From Smithella sp. (lineage in GTDB: Bacteria; Desulfobacterota; Syntrophia; Syntrophales; Smithellaceae), in contig JBEKRZ010000014.1 of assembly GCA_049517435.1 (NCBI GenBank), positions 7,443-71,442 on the forward strand: a stretch of 64,000 nucleotides of DNA. The letters are read 5' to 3'. Shown one piece after another: positions 39,541-47,860 of this stretch. The notes under the pieces are model-generated. The model made no database searches. It was not told where the DNA came from and saw only the letters and a program-made list of their open reading frames with translations. Made by a program: the position numbers and the translations under genes. The number at the start of each line of letters is the position of its first letter. Positions within the stretch are counted from its first letter, which is position 1.

Positions 39541-39883
39541 AATGATGCCCAAGTTTCAGAAACAAAGTGCACTGAAGCTTGCTGGACGAATTATACTAGG
39601 TGCTAAGCGCCGTGGTAAAACGAACGAAGTGAAGTAGTGAGACTCAAACTTCAGTAACGAAGTGAACTGAAGTTTCTAAGTCGAACTATCCCCTGAACGT
39701 AGTGAATGGGGATTTGAAGCGTAAGGCGTAGTGAGACTCTCTGAAAACGAGCATTGCGAAATTTGAAGAGTTAGTCGAACTATCCAATAGCCTTTGGCTA
39801 TTGGGAATTATCCCACGTGCTAAGCCAAGTGGGACTATAACAAAGTACACCGCAGCTTGCTTTAGGGTTTCATACCCGTGATA
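39541..39883 (+). repeat. Largest modular repeat array (locus C, about 6 units)
   Basis: Successive units begin (T)AATGATGCCC / TAGTGAGACTC and end in GAA(C/T)TATCC-hairpin; match loci A, B, F, G. Confidence 0.85.
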
Positions 39884-39969
39884 AATAGGGCGCTATCTCG
39901 AACTACCTAATGTCAAGAAAAAACTAGCATGGTGTCCCCCGAATTTTCGCTAATTATTAGACAACTTGT

Positions 39970-41256
39970 TCATTTATAATGATCATCTTGCGCGTAAAGA
40001 AAACAATCTATCCTTGCTGCCTCCCATCTATCCTGCAATGCAGGAACTTCACCAGTTCTCTTAACAGAAGATGCTATTGAATCAAGTTTGTCTAGTTTTT
40101 CTTTTTTAGATACTGATTTTTTACCCAACTTACTTTCTTGTAGTGTTCCAAAAGTAGCTTTAGGTCCTAGTTGCGGAAATTTTTGCATAGCAGGATTGAC
40201 TCTATCTATATAACTTCCCAGCATTGATAAAGCACTTGAGTAAACGCCTTTACCTAGAAAACTGGCAACAATAAGCATGTTGCCTACGCTATCATTATTA
40301 GGACGGTTCCTAATAGTTTCAAGTAAGTTTTCTTTTATTTGCGGTGCTTTTATATTTTTTATCCAGTAAAAGGCTGGTACATCACACCATAGAGAAAATT
40401 GAAATATAGCAAGTTTGTGTTTCTCCCTAACATTAATTATATTTCTATCAGCATACCATCTCCACAAAACCACAGATGAGGGCATGGACTCGGATTTTCC
40501 TCTAGACAAAACCGACCAAGCTGCAATCTCTTCTTCAAAACCTTCAGGTGCAACGGTAAAACTCATACCTTTTATTGCGATTGCGTCTGGAGAGTCTTCA
40601 ATTATAAATCGTTTAGCTTCCTTATCACCTTTGTCCTTAGATAGAATAAAAACGTTACTACTTGCAGGTGATTGAACTACTCTTGCGACTTTTTCCGATA
40701 ACGAATTTCTGAACTGATCAATTCTACGTTCTATAATATCACTTAAGTCTCTAGAATCCACTAGGTGATTTCCACCACTTTGCCTAACATACATTGTTCC
40801 TTTTTGTAGTACTGTTTTTGGTTTTCCACTTGTATGATCAAATATGCCATCCTTGCTAATCATATGAGTTAGGCCGATAGATTGCGGTATATAGATAATT
40901 ACTATAGAAAAGCCGTCTATTTTAAATTCTTTCGCGCGCAATCCAATTATATGTGGTTCTAAGTGCCTATTTATTTTTTGATGCACATTATTTGCGTCCT
41001 TAAGTATGCCAACTATGTTCTTTGATAATCCAACAATTTGCTTTTCGCTGTTATTTATACCAAACACCAGATAGCCGCCGTAAGTATTAGCAAAGGCCGA
41101 AATATCTTTTGTTATTTCTAGCCAATCTTTTTCAGATGCAGGGTCAATTGTTAGTTTATAATCGACCCTATCATCTTCCTCGGCGTATTCGGCAAGAAAC
41201 AAAGCTGTTTTGCGTGTAAGAGGATCTTTTCTTCGTAAGTGATCTATAACGCTCAT
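39970..41256 (-). CDS. Schlafen AlbA_2 domain protein with uncharacterised C-terminus
   Basis: EDDRVDYKL...EITKDISAFANTYGGYLVFGI...IVG AlbA_2 signature; visibly AT-rich. Confidence 0.85.
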   Translation of the reverse strand: MSVIDHLRRKDPLTRKTALFLAEYAEEDDRVDYKLTIDPASEKDWLEITKDISAFANTYGGYLVFGINNSEKQIVGLSKNIVGILKDANNVHQKINRHLEPHIIGLRAKEFKIDGFSIVIIYIPQSIGLTHMISKDGIFDHTSGKPKTVLQKGTMYVRQSGGNHLVDSRDLSDIIERRIDQFRNSLSEKVARVVQSPASSNVFILSKDKGDKEAKRFIIEDSPDAIAIKGMSFTVAPEGFEEEIAAWSVLSRGKSESMPSSVVLWRWYADRNIINVREKHKLAIFQFSLWCDVPAFYWIKNIKAPQIKENLLETIRNRPNNDSVGNMLIVASFLGKGVYSSALSMLGSYIDRVNPAMQKFPQLGPKATFGTLQESKLGKKSVSKKEKLDKLDSIASSVKRTGEVPALQDRWEAARIDCFLYAQDDHYK

Positions 41257-41470
41257 TATCAAAGTCCTTTTAAATAAAAGTGAAAGAAGAAAAATTAATA
41301 AGGGCTAAACTGTTCCCTTACGATAAGGGTTTTATGGTCTGACGTAAAGCATAGAGTCAGGTCTTGAAATATCAGTTTTCAGACACCAGTTAATATTATG
41401 TAGTTCTTTAATGAAGTGCAGCGAATAATACTATTTCTAAAAAACAATGCAAGAAAAAAGAGGGTAGTAT

Positions 41471-41657
41471 CAAATCCCGCTCCGTTTCACTTCGGGGATA
41501 ATTCCACTTATGCTTCGAACGTCGCATAGCTCACCGTACCACGGCGCTTTGCGCCTGGTATATAAAAGGTTGCTCACTATCCTACGTCGCTTCGCTCCTA
41601 GGATAATTCCACTAACGTTTCGAGCTTCACTTTGCTTGCTCTCAACGAGTGTCATTA
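41471..41657 (-). repeat. Modular repeat array (locus D), overlapping the enoyl-CoA hydratase stop codon
   Basis: Minus strand TAATGACACTCGTTGAGAGCAAGCAAAGTGAAGCTCGAAACGTTAGTGGAATTATCCTAGGAGCGAAGCG. Confidence 0.8.
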
Positions 41658-42457
41658 AAATCGGGTTTCTGCCGCGTGAGAAAGGCGGAAACTCCATGGA
41701 TGCTTTCACCACTCGCAATGAGGGTGACTGCTTCTTCCGTCTCCAGTTCCAGGGCCTCTTGGGTTGTCAGATCGCCGGTTTTTCTGATCACGGATAGGGC
41801 ATGGCGGACGGCACGAGGGCCGTTTTGCGCGATGGAAAGAGCAAGAGACAATGCTTCCTCAAGAGCCTTGCCCGGTGCACTGATGCGGTTGATCAAACCG
41901 AGTTGGAAGGCCTCTTCTGCCCCCACCTTCCGGGCAGTGAGGATGAGGTCGGCAGCCCGGGAAGCGCCCACGAGATGGGTGAGCCCCACGACTCCGCCGT
42001 GGTCCGGCATGAGGCCAAGCCGCACCTCGGAGAAACAAATCACGGCACTGGGATCCATGACCCGCAGGTCACAGCGGGAGGCGATCTCGGCTCCACCGCC
42101 GTAAGCCAGTCCATTTATGGCGGCGATTATCGGTACCGGCAATGAGACAAGGCTGTCGGTGCTAGTCCTTACGCGGCGGATGAGATCATATGCCGGGCCT
42201 TTGTCGTGTCCCTCCATTGCGGCAATTAATGGCTTAAGTAAAGGATTTTCCGGGTTCACGTCGAATCCTGCGCAGAAAGCCTTGTCGCCGGCGCCGGTGA
42301 GCACGATAACACGCGGTAGGTTGCTCTTGAGCTCGGCCACTACCTTATCAAAACAGTCCCACATGTGCTGGTCGAGGGCGTTCTGTTTTGCCGGCCGGTC
42401 GAGGGTAATGACTGCTATGTGTCCTTGTCGCTTAAGACTGATACCGTAATCTTTCAT
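41642..42457 (-). CDS. Enoyl-CoA hydratase/isomerase (crotonase family)
   Basis: AFCAGFD, IAAINGLAYGGGAE, FSEVRLGLMPDHGG. Confidence 0.92.
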   Translation of the reverse strand: MKDYGISLKRQGHIAVITLDRPAKQNALDQHMWDCFDKVVAELKSNLPRVIVLTGAGDKAFCAGFDVNPENPLLKPLIAAMEGHDKGPAYDLIRRVRTSTDSLVSLPVPIIAAINGLAYGGGAEIASRCDLRVMDPSAVICFSEVRLGLMPDHGGVVGLTHLVGASRAADLILTARKVGAEEAFQLGLINRISAPGKALEEALSLALSIAQNGPRAVRHALSVIRKTGDLTTQEALELETEEAVTLIASGESIHGVSAFLTRQKPDFNDTR

Positions 42458-42472
42458 GCGTAACTCCCGTCT

Positions 42473-43048
42473 CTAATTATTTTGGCGATGGTCAAACATT
42501 TTGCTAAGCCAAGTCAATATTGCCTCTGCTATTACCTGTTGTCCTCTCTCATTGGGATACCGGGAATCTGACAGAACCAGATCCGTACTACATAGATTAT
42601 TTTCTTCAAGATAACCAGCCCAATAGTTGTGTACGGGAATTAATTCACAGCCCAGGTCTGAAGCCACAATCCTCAAAGACCTGTAAAAGATATTAACAGC
42701 ATCCATATCGTTAGGGTTATCGAATGTGTGGGATGTAGCCAGGAAGATGACTGGATTGAAGCGAAGGCGCGCCAGCCTGACCATTTGTACGATATTTTCC
42801 TGAAATTCAGAGCGGTAGACATACCCGAAAGCATCATCAACACCGAATTGGATAAGAAGGATATCAGGCGCAAAGTTAGCAATATCCTCGTTGAAAGTGC
42901 CCGTGCCGTCAAAAGAGGTTTCTCTGTACCTTGATCGGTTAATCACCTCGATTCCTTTATTGAGAAGAGATTCTGCGAGAATATCTGCATAACTTTTGCT
43001 CACTCCTAGACCTGCAGCAATACTTCCACCACGGATAAGCAGTTTCAT
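42473..43048 (-). CDS. SGNH/GDSL hydrolase
   Basis: GGSIAAG block I, QFGVDD block III, DSRYPN block V variant. Confidence 0.75.
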   Translation of the reverse strand: MKLLIRGGSIAAGLGVSKSYADILAESLLNKGIEVINRSRYRETSFDGTGTFNEDIANFAPDILLIQFGVDDAFGYVYRSEFQENIVQMVRLARLRFNPVIFLATSHTFDNPNDMDAVNIFYRSLRIVASDLGCELIPVHNYWAGYLEENNLCSTDLVLSDSRYPNERGQQVIAEAILTWLSKMFDHRQNN

Positions 43049-43159
43049 TAATGGCCCTCAAATACTTTTCACTTACAGAAATATTCTATCATCAAATTGA
43101 TAAATGGTAATCAAAAAAATAGAGCGCAGTAAAAATAGGGACAAGGGGCAAGATGATTC

Positions 43160-43184
43160 TGGATTTCCGCCTTCGCGGGAATGA
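43160..43184. repeat. Single REP/dRS3-like palindrome
   Basis: TGGATTTCCGCCTTCGCGGGAATGA; ATTCCC-N8-GGGAAT type. Confidence 0.5.
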
Positions 43185-43264
43185 TGAAGGTTTTAGGAAT
43201 GAGACCCTTTATATATTTTGTTGCCGTAGTAATAATTAGTGTTTATCATATTTGAGTATTATTG

Positions 43265-43342
43265 CCCCCATTCGCTTCGCTACGGGGATAATTCGACTAA
43301 CGTTTCAAACTTCACTTCGCTCGTTTTCAGCGAGTCTCATTA
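43265..43342 (-). repeat. Solitary consensus unit of the modular repeat family (locus E)
   Basis: TAATGAGACTCGCTGAAAACGAGCGAAGTGAAGTTTGAAACGTTAGTCGAATTATCCCCGTAGCGAAGCGAATGGGG. Confidence 0.85.
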
Positions 43343-43491
43343 AATTCGGCTGATTGCGTTCAATACACAAAAATGTTATAAGGCTTAGCCAAGTATTGCC
43401 CAACGATATATAATTGAAAATTTTCAACTTAGTAAATATTGTTAGAATCACTTGAAAAGAAGAAAAACTCACTTTTTATCGGGAGGAAATA

Positions 43492-45030
43492 ATGGCAGAC
43501 ACAGATTTAAAACTAAAAGCTATTGACGCACTTGTTCATATCCACACAGCTATAAAGAATGTGCAACGACATCCATCTGTCGATCCGGCAATTACGAATT
43601 CCATTGAAACGCTTTATCTTCATCTTGTGGAAATATTGAAACAGGATGCGCCTCAAGTATTTGCGGAATTAGAAAAAAAATCCCTGCTTCGCGAAAAACT
43701 TTCCAATCAGCAGGAAGACGAAACGATTCATATTTCAGCCCTGCCGGATATCCTTCTCGGTTTAGGTATCAAGAACATTTCTTTCGATAAAGATTTGGAA
43801 AAGGAAGAACTGCATATTTTCATAAATCTTCTCGCGAAAAAGCCGAAAACTGTACACGATGAAGTTGGCTTGCCCAAACTAATATTGGAAAATGAAACTG
43901 CGCAGATCGTGCCGGATAATAAAGTATCTGTAACCATGGAAAAGGATCAGGTAATCGTATCCGACCGTGATATTGCGGAAAGTCAAATTTCTGAAAGTAT
44001 TGTCGAGATGCAGACAGTATTCACCCGTCTGAACGCAATGCATGGATCCATTGAATCTCTTCCTTCCGAAGAAAAAAGGGATATGATCAAAAGATTATCA
44101 GTACGAACGGCAGAGTGGATAGAGATGGAAACAGCCGTCACGTCTGCCTACAAAAAAATATGCCAGAGTTTGCAAACACTTCTTCAAGACTTCATCACCT
44201 ATGGATTCTTTGCCGAAGCAAATCCGATTATAGATGTCTTCAGTAAAATTAATACCGGCGCGCTGAAAAAAGATTATGAAGTGCGAAAGGTCTCTTTGGA
44301 AATTCTCCGAAACCTGGCATCAGAAAGTAATATTAACATCCTATTAAAAGAATTCAATACCAACGAGAAGCATGAATCAATTGAAGCCTTTCAAATACTT
44401 AACGGATTTGGCGACATTATAATGAACAAATTACTCAATATCGTACGGAATGCCAGCGATAGCAAAGAACGTATAAGCATTATCCATATTATTGAAGAAA
44501 TGGGGCATAGGGCAATACCGGCCATCATTGCAAGTATTACCATGAATGCTCCATGGTATTACTTGCGTAATATGGCCTACATACTCGGCCGTATTGGCAA
44601 TGAAACCAACGCTGATATACTTCGAGTTCTTTTGATGCATAAAGACAAGCGGGTCCACAAGGAGGCATTAAAAAGCATTGGCCAGATAGGAGGAAATAAG
44701 AAAGGACCATTACTTCTGTCTTTTCTGCCGCAGGCAGAAGGTGAATTGAGAGTTAATGTAATTGAAATGCTCGGTAAAATCAGATACACCGAAGCGGTGC
44801 CTGGTCTGCTGGATATGCTCAAGAACAAGTCCTTGATAGCTAAAGATGAGCAGATATCCTTGCAGGAAAAAATTTGCAACGCTCTTGGAACTATTGGCTC
44901 GCCTGAGGCGATAAAAATTCTTTCAGAAATTGCCGAATCAAAATCTATTTTAGGCATCGGGTCATACCCTAAAGAAGTCAAATCCGCCGCTGAAAGGGCA
45001 TTGGCAAACATAAAAAGAAAACAGGAATAA
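43492..45030 (+). CDS. HEAT-repeat protein
   Basis: WYYLRNMAYILGRIG, DKRVHKEALKSIGQIG, LRVNVIEMLGKI helical repeats; GGAGG RBS. Confidence 0.8.
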   Translation: MADTDLKLKAIDALVHIHTAIKNVQRHPSVDPAITNSIETLYLHLVEILKQDAPQVFAELEKKSLLREKLSNQQEDETIHISALPDILLGLGIKNISFDKDLEKEELHIFINLLAKKPKTVHDEVGLPKLILENETAQIVPDNKVSVTMEKDQVIVSDRDIAESQISESIVEMQTVFTRLNAMHGSIESLPSEEKRDMIKRLSVRTAEWIEMETAVTSAYKKICQSLQTLLQDFITYGFFAEANPIIDVFSKINTGALKKDYEVRKVSLEILRNLASESNINILLKEFNTNEKHESIEAFQILNGFGDIIMNKLLNIVRNASDSKERISIIHIIEEMGHRAIPAIIASITMNAPWYYLRNMAYILGRIGNETNADILRVLLMHKDKRVHKEALKSIGQIGGNKKGPLLLSFLPQAEGELRVNVIEMLGKIRYTEAVPGLLDMLKNKSLIAKDEQISLQEKICNALGTIGSPEAIKILSEIAESKSILGIGSYPKEVKSAAERALANIKRKQE

Positions 45031-45103
45031 GATCAAAGTTGACGTGCGTGTGTTCCTCACGGTGTAATACTTGATCTACGAGGAGAAATCTTTTGAGGAT
45101 ATC

Positions 45104-46300
45104 ATGATTTCAAGACGTGATTTTTTAGTAACACTTGCAAAGCTGGCCGCGACAGTCGGCGGCACCGGCATGATTTTGTTCGATCCTTGCTGGCAGAAGT
45201 TTTTGGTTGGCGGCGATTCTGGCCTTGCCTTCGGAGATACTTATTTAGATGAACTTGTCCGATCAGCTCCAAAGGCCCGCTACTGGAGGCCGCTCACGAT
45301 AAAAGGCGATGGCTATCCCCCTGAGGAAACCATTGTTAGATGTCTTCTTTGCGCCAATGGCTGCGCTATTGTTAACGGTCAGCGGGGAAAATGCCGGACG
45401 CGCATGAATGTTAACGGAGAACTGAAGAGTCTTGTCTATGGCCGCCCCGTATCCATCCATATTGATCCGATCGAAAAGAAACCATTTTACCATTATCTGC
45501 CGGGGTCTGCGGCATATTCTCTTGCCACCGCCGGTTGTCCGCTCAGGTGCAAGTTCTGCCAAAACTGGGAAATCTCCCAGGCATCACCGGAAGATCATCA
45601 GGTTTCATTTACACCACCGGCCAAGATTGTCAATGGTGCTTACGCCAGCAAGGCGCCCGTTATTGCCTTTACTTATAATGAACCAACGGTTTTCACGGAA
45701 TATCTGACCGACATTGCCCGGGACGCAAAAAAGCAAGGTATTCGCTCGGTATTAATAAGCTGCGGATTCATGAACGAGGCGCCTCTCGCGGAAATGTGCA
45801 AGGTGCTTGACGCCATTAAGATCGACCTGAAGGGGTACAGCGAGGATTTCTACCGCACTGCGTGCGGAGTAGAGCTGCGACCCGTTCTCAGAAGCATCAA
45901 ACAGGTAGCGAAGAGCCGTGTCCATCTTGAAATTGTAAATCTGGTTGTACCCACATTAAATGATTCAGACAAGATGTTACAGGAACTGATAAACTGGATA
46001 TTGGGAGAAGTTGGTCCCGATGTTCCTGTTCACTTCACCCGCTTTCATCCCGATTACCAACTGCTGAATCTCCCTCCCACGCCTGTTGCCACGCTGGAAC
46101 GTGCCTATAACATGGCCATAGCTAAAGGGATGCATTATCCATACGTGGGGAATGTCCCTGGCCATCCGGGAAATCATACCTACTGTCCGAACTGCAAAAA
46201 GATTGTGATAGAGCGGCAGGGATTTTTTATAACAGGGATGAACATGAAGGATGGGTGTTGTAAATTCTGCAAACGAAAGATTGCCGGTGTGTGGGTATAA
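45104..46300 (+). CDS. amrS: AmmeMemoRadiSam system radical SAM enzyme with Tat-like signal
   Basis: SRRDFL motif; CLLCANGC..GQRGKCRTR; IDPIEKKPFYH; CPLRCKFCQNWEISQ (CxxxCxxC); FTYNEP. Confidence 0.9.
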   Translation: MISRRDFLVTLAKLAATVGGTGMILFDPCWQKFLVGGDSGLAFGDTYLDELVRSAPKARYWRPLTIKGDGYPPEETIVRCLLCANGCAIVNGQRGKCRTRMNVNGELKSLVYGRPVSIHIDPIEKKPFYHYLPGSAAYSLATAGCPLRCKFCQNWEISQASPEDHQVSFTPPAKIVNGAYASKAPVIAFTYNEPTVFTEYLTDIARDAKKQGIRSVLISCGFMNEAPLAEMCKVLDAIKIDLKGYSEDFYRTACGVELRPVLRSIKQVAKSRVHLEIVNLVVPTLNDSDKMLQELINWILGEVGPDVPVHFTRFHPDYQLLNLPPTPVATLERAYNMAIAKGMHYPYVGNVPGHPGNHTYCPNCKKIVIERQGFFITGMNMKDGCCKFCKRKIAGVWV

Positions 46301-46317
46301 AAGGAGGTTATAAGGAA

Positions 46318-47856
46318 ATGAAAATATTAGGATTGAGTTTTACACTGCCTTTCATCATTTTTTGTTTTGCCACGGCTTGCCAGGCGAATAAAGGGTCGGA
46401 CACGGATGTTCGTGAACCTGCTGTCGCGGGAAAGTTCTATCCTGAATCCGCGGCCAGGCTGAAGCTCGCCATAGAAAAATTTCTTCAGGACGCAGTTCCT
46501 ATCAAAGTTCAAAAACCGATTGCCATCATCGTTCCCCATGCCGGCTACATTTTCTCCGGTCAGCTTTGCGCCGATGGGTTCAAGCAGGTCAGTAATCAGC
46601 AATATGATGTGATTGTCATTCTGGGAACAAACCATACAAGCTCTAATTTTCAGAAAATTTCGCTTTATCCGGGCGACGGTTTTCGCACTCCATTAGGTGT
46701 GGCGCCGGTGGAAAAAAATATTATATCTTTACTTAAGAAGGCTGATCCAGCCGATTGTACTTTAGATAAATCACTTCATGAATCTGAGCATTCCGTCGAA
46801 GTAATGGTGCCTTTTATCCAAGTAGTTTTTCCTAAAGCAAAGATTGTTCCCGTTGTTGTCGGTTCACAAGATATGGAGATGTGCGCCCGCTTCGGTCAGG
46901 CGCTGGCGAAGGTTTTGAAAAACAAGAAGGCCTTGATTGTTGCGAGTTCCGATCTCTCTCACTATCCGGCTGCCCAAGATGCAAATATAGCAGACAGGGA
47001 GACCCTCGCGTCCATTGCCAAATTAGACCCCGCCGCGTTTCGCGCAACTGTGCAGGCGCATGTGGATAGACGTATTCCCAACCTTGTTACGAGTGCCTGC
47101 GGCGAGGCGCCAATCATGGCGGCAATGGCAGCAGCCAGATCTTTGGGCGCTACCCACGGCGTGGTCATCAGCTATGCCAATTCAGGAGATACGTCTGTAG
47201 GTGAGCGCTCGCGGGTTGTAGGATATGGCGCTGTTATATTAACTGCGGAAGGAGAAGATAAAAACATCAGTGTATCTGCTCAACCAACACTGTCTGCCGT
47301 ATCCGAACAGCTTACGTCAGCCGATAAAAAGAAATTGCTCGCCTTTGCCAGAAAAACCTTATCCCGATTATTTTTGACGGATACGGTTCCGTTGGCAAGG
47401 GGTTTTAATTCAACGCTCCAACAACCGCGCGGAGCTTTTGTAACACTCAAGAAAAAAGGCGCGCTTCGCGGCTGTATCGGCCGGATCATCGGAGATGAGC
47501 CCCTTGGCAAGATTGTCGGCGCAATGGCGATTCAGGCAGCCTTTAATGATAGCCGGTTTCGCCCGTTAACCGCCGATGAACTGAACGATATAGAAATAGA
47601 AATATCCGTGCTGACACCGATGAAACAGGTAGGCGGCGCCGCTGATGTTGTTATCGGCAGGGATGGAGTCTTGCTCAGCAAAGATGGCCATTACGCCGTT
47701 TTCCTTCCTCAAGTGGCAGCGGAACAAGGATGGAATCGTGAAGAATTGCTGGATAATCTTTGCAGGAAGGCAGGTTTGGAGACGGGATGTTGGAAACAGG
47801 GAGCGCAGTTCTCAACCTTTCAGGCTGTAGTATTCAGCGAATCCCAATTCAGATAA
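46318..47856 (+). CDS. amrB: AmmeMemoRadiSam protein B (MEMO1) fused to protein A (AMMECR1), with signal/lipoprotein peptide
   Basis: REPAVAGKFYP, PHAGYIFSG, EHSVEV, SSDLSHYP, CGEAP (MEMO); GAFVTL...LRGCIG, IEISVL, VFLPQVA (AMMECR1). Confidence 0.9.
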   Translation: MKILGLSFTLPFIIFCFATACQANKGSDTDVREPAVAGKFYPESAARLKLAIEKFLQDAVPIKVQKPIAIIVPHAGYIFSGQLCADGFKQVSNQQYDVIVILGTNHTSSNFQKISLYPGDGFRTPLGVAPVEKNIISLLKKADPADCTLDKSLHESEHSVEVMVPFIQVVFPKAKIVPVVVGSQDMEMCARFGQALAKVLKNKKALIVASSDLSHYPAAQDANIADRETLASIAKLDPAAFRATVQAHVDRRIPNLVTSACGEAPIMAAMAAARSLGATHGVVISYANSGDTSVGERSRVVGYGAVILTAEGEDKNISVSAQPTLSAVSEQLTSADKKKLLAFARKTLSRLFLTDTVPLARGFNSTLQQPRGAFVTLKKKGALRGCIGRIIGDEPLGKIVGAMAIQAAFNDSRFRPLTADELNDIEIEISVLTPMKQVGGAADVVIGRDGVLLSKDGHYAVFLPQVAAEQGWNREELLDNLCRKAGLETGCWKQGAQFSTFQAVVFSESQFR

Positions 47857-47860
47857 CATC

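Noticed and set aside
39541-39883. Repeat arrays as a possible CRISPR or integron attC array
   Set aside because: Units vary in length and sequence, have no unique constant-length spacers, and no cas or intI gene lies in the window.
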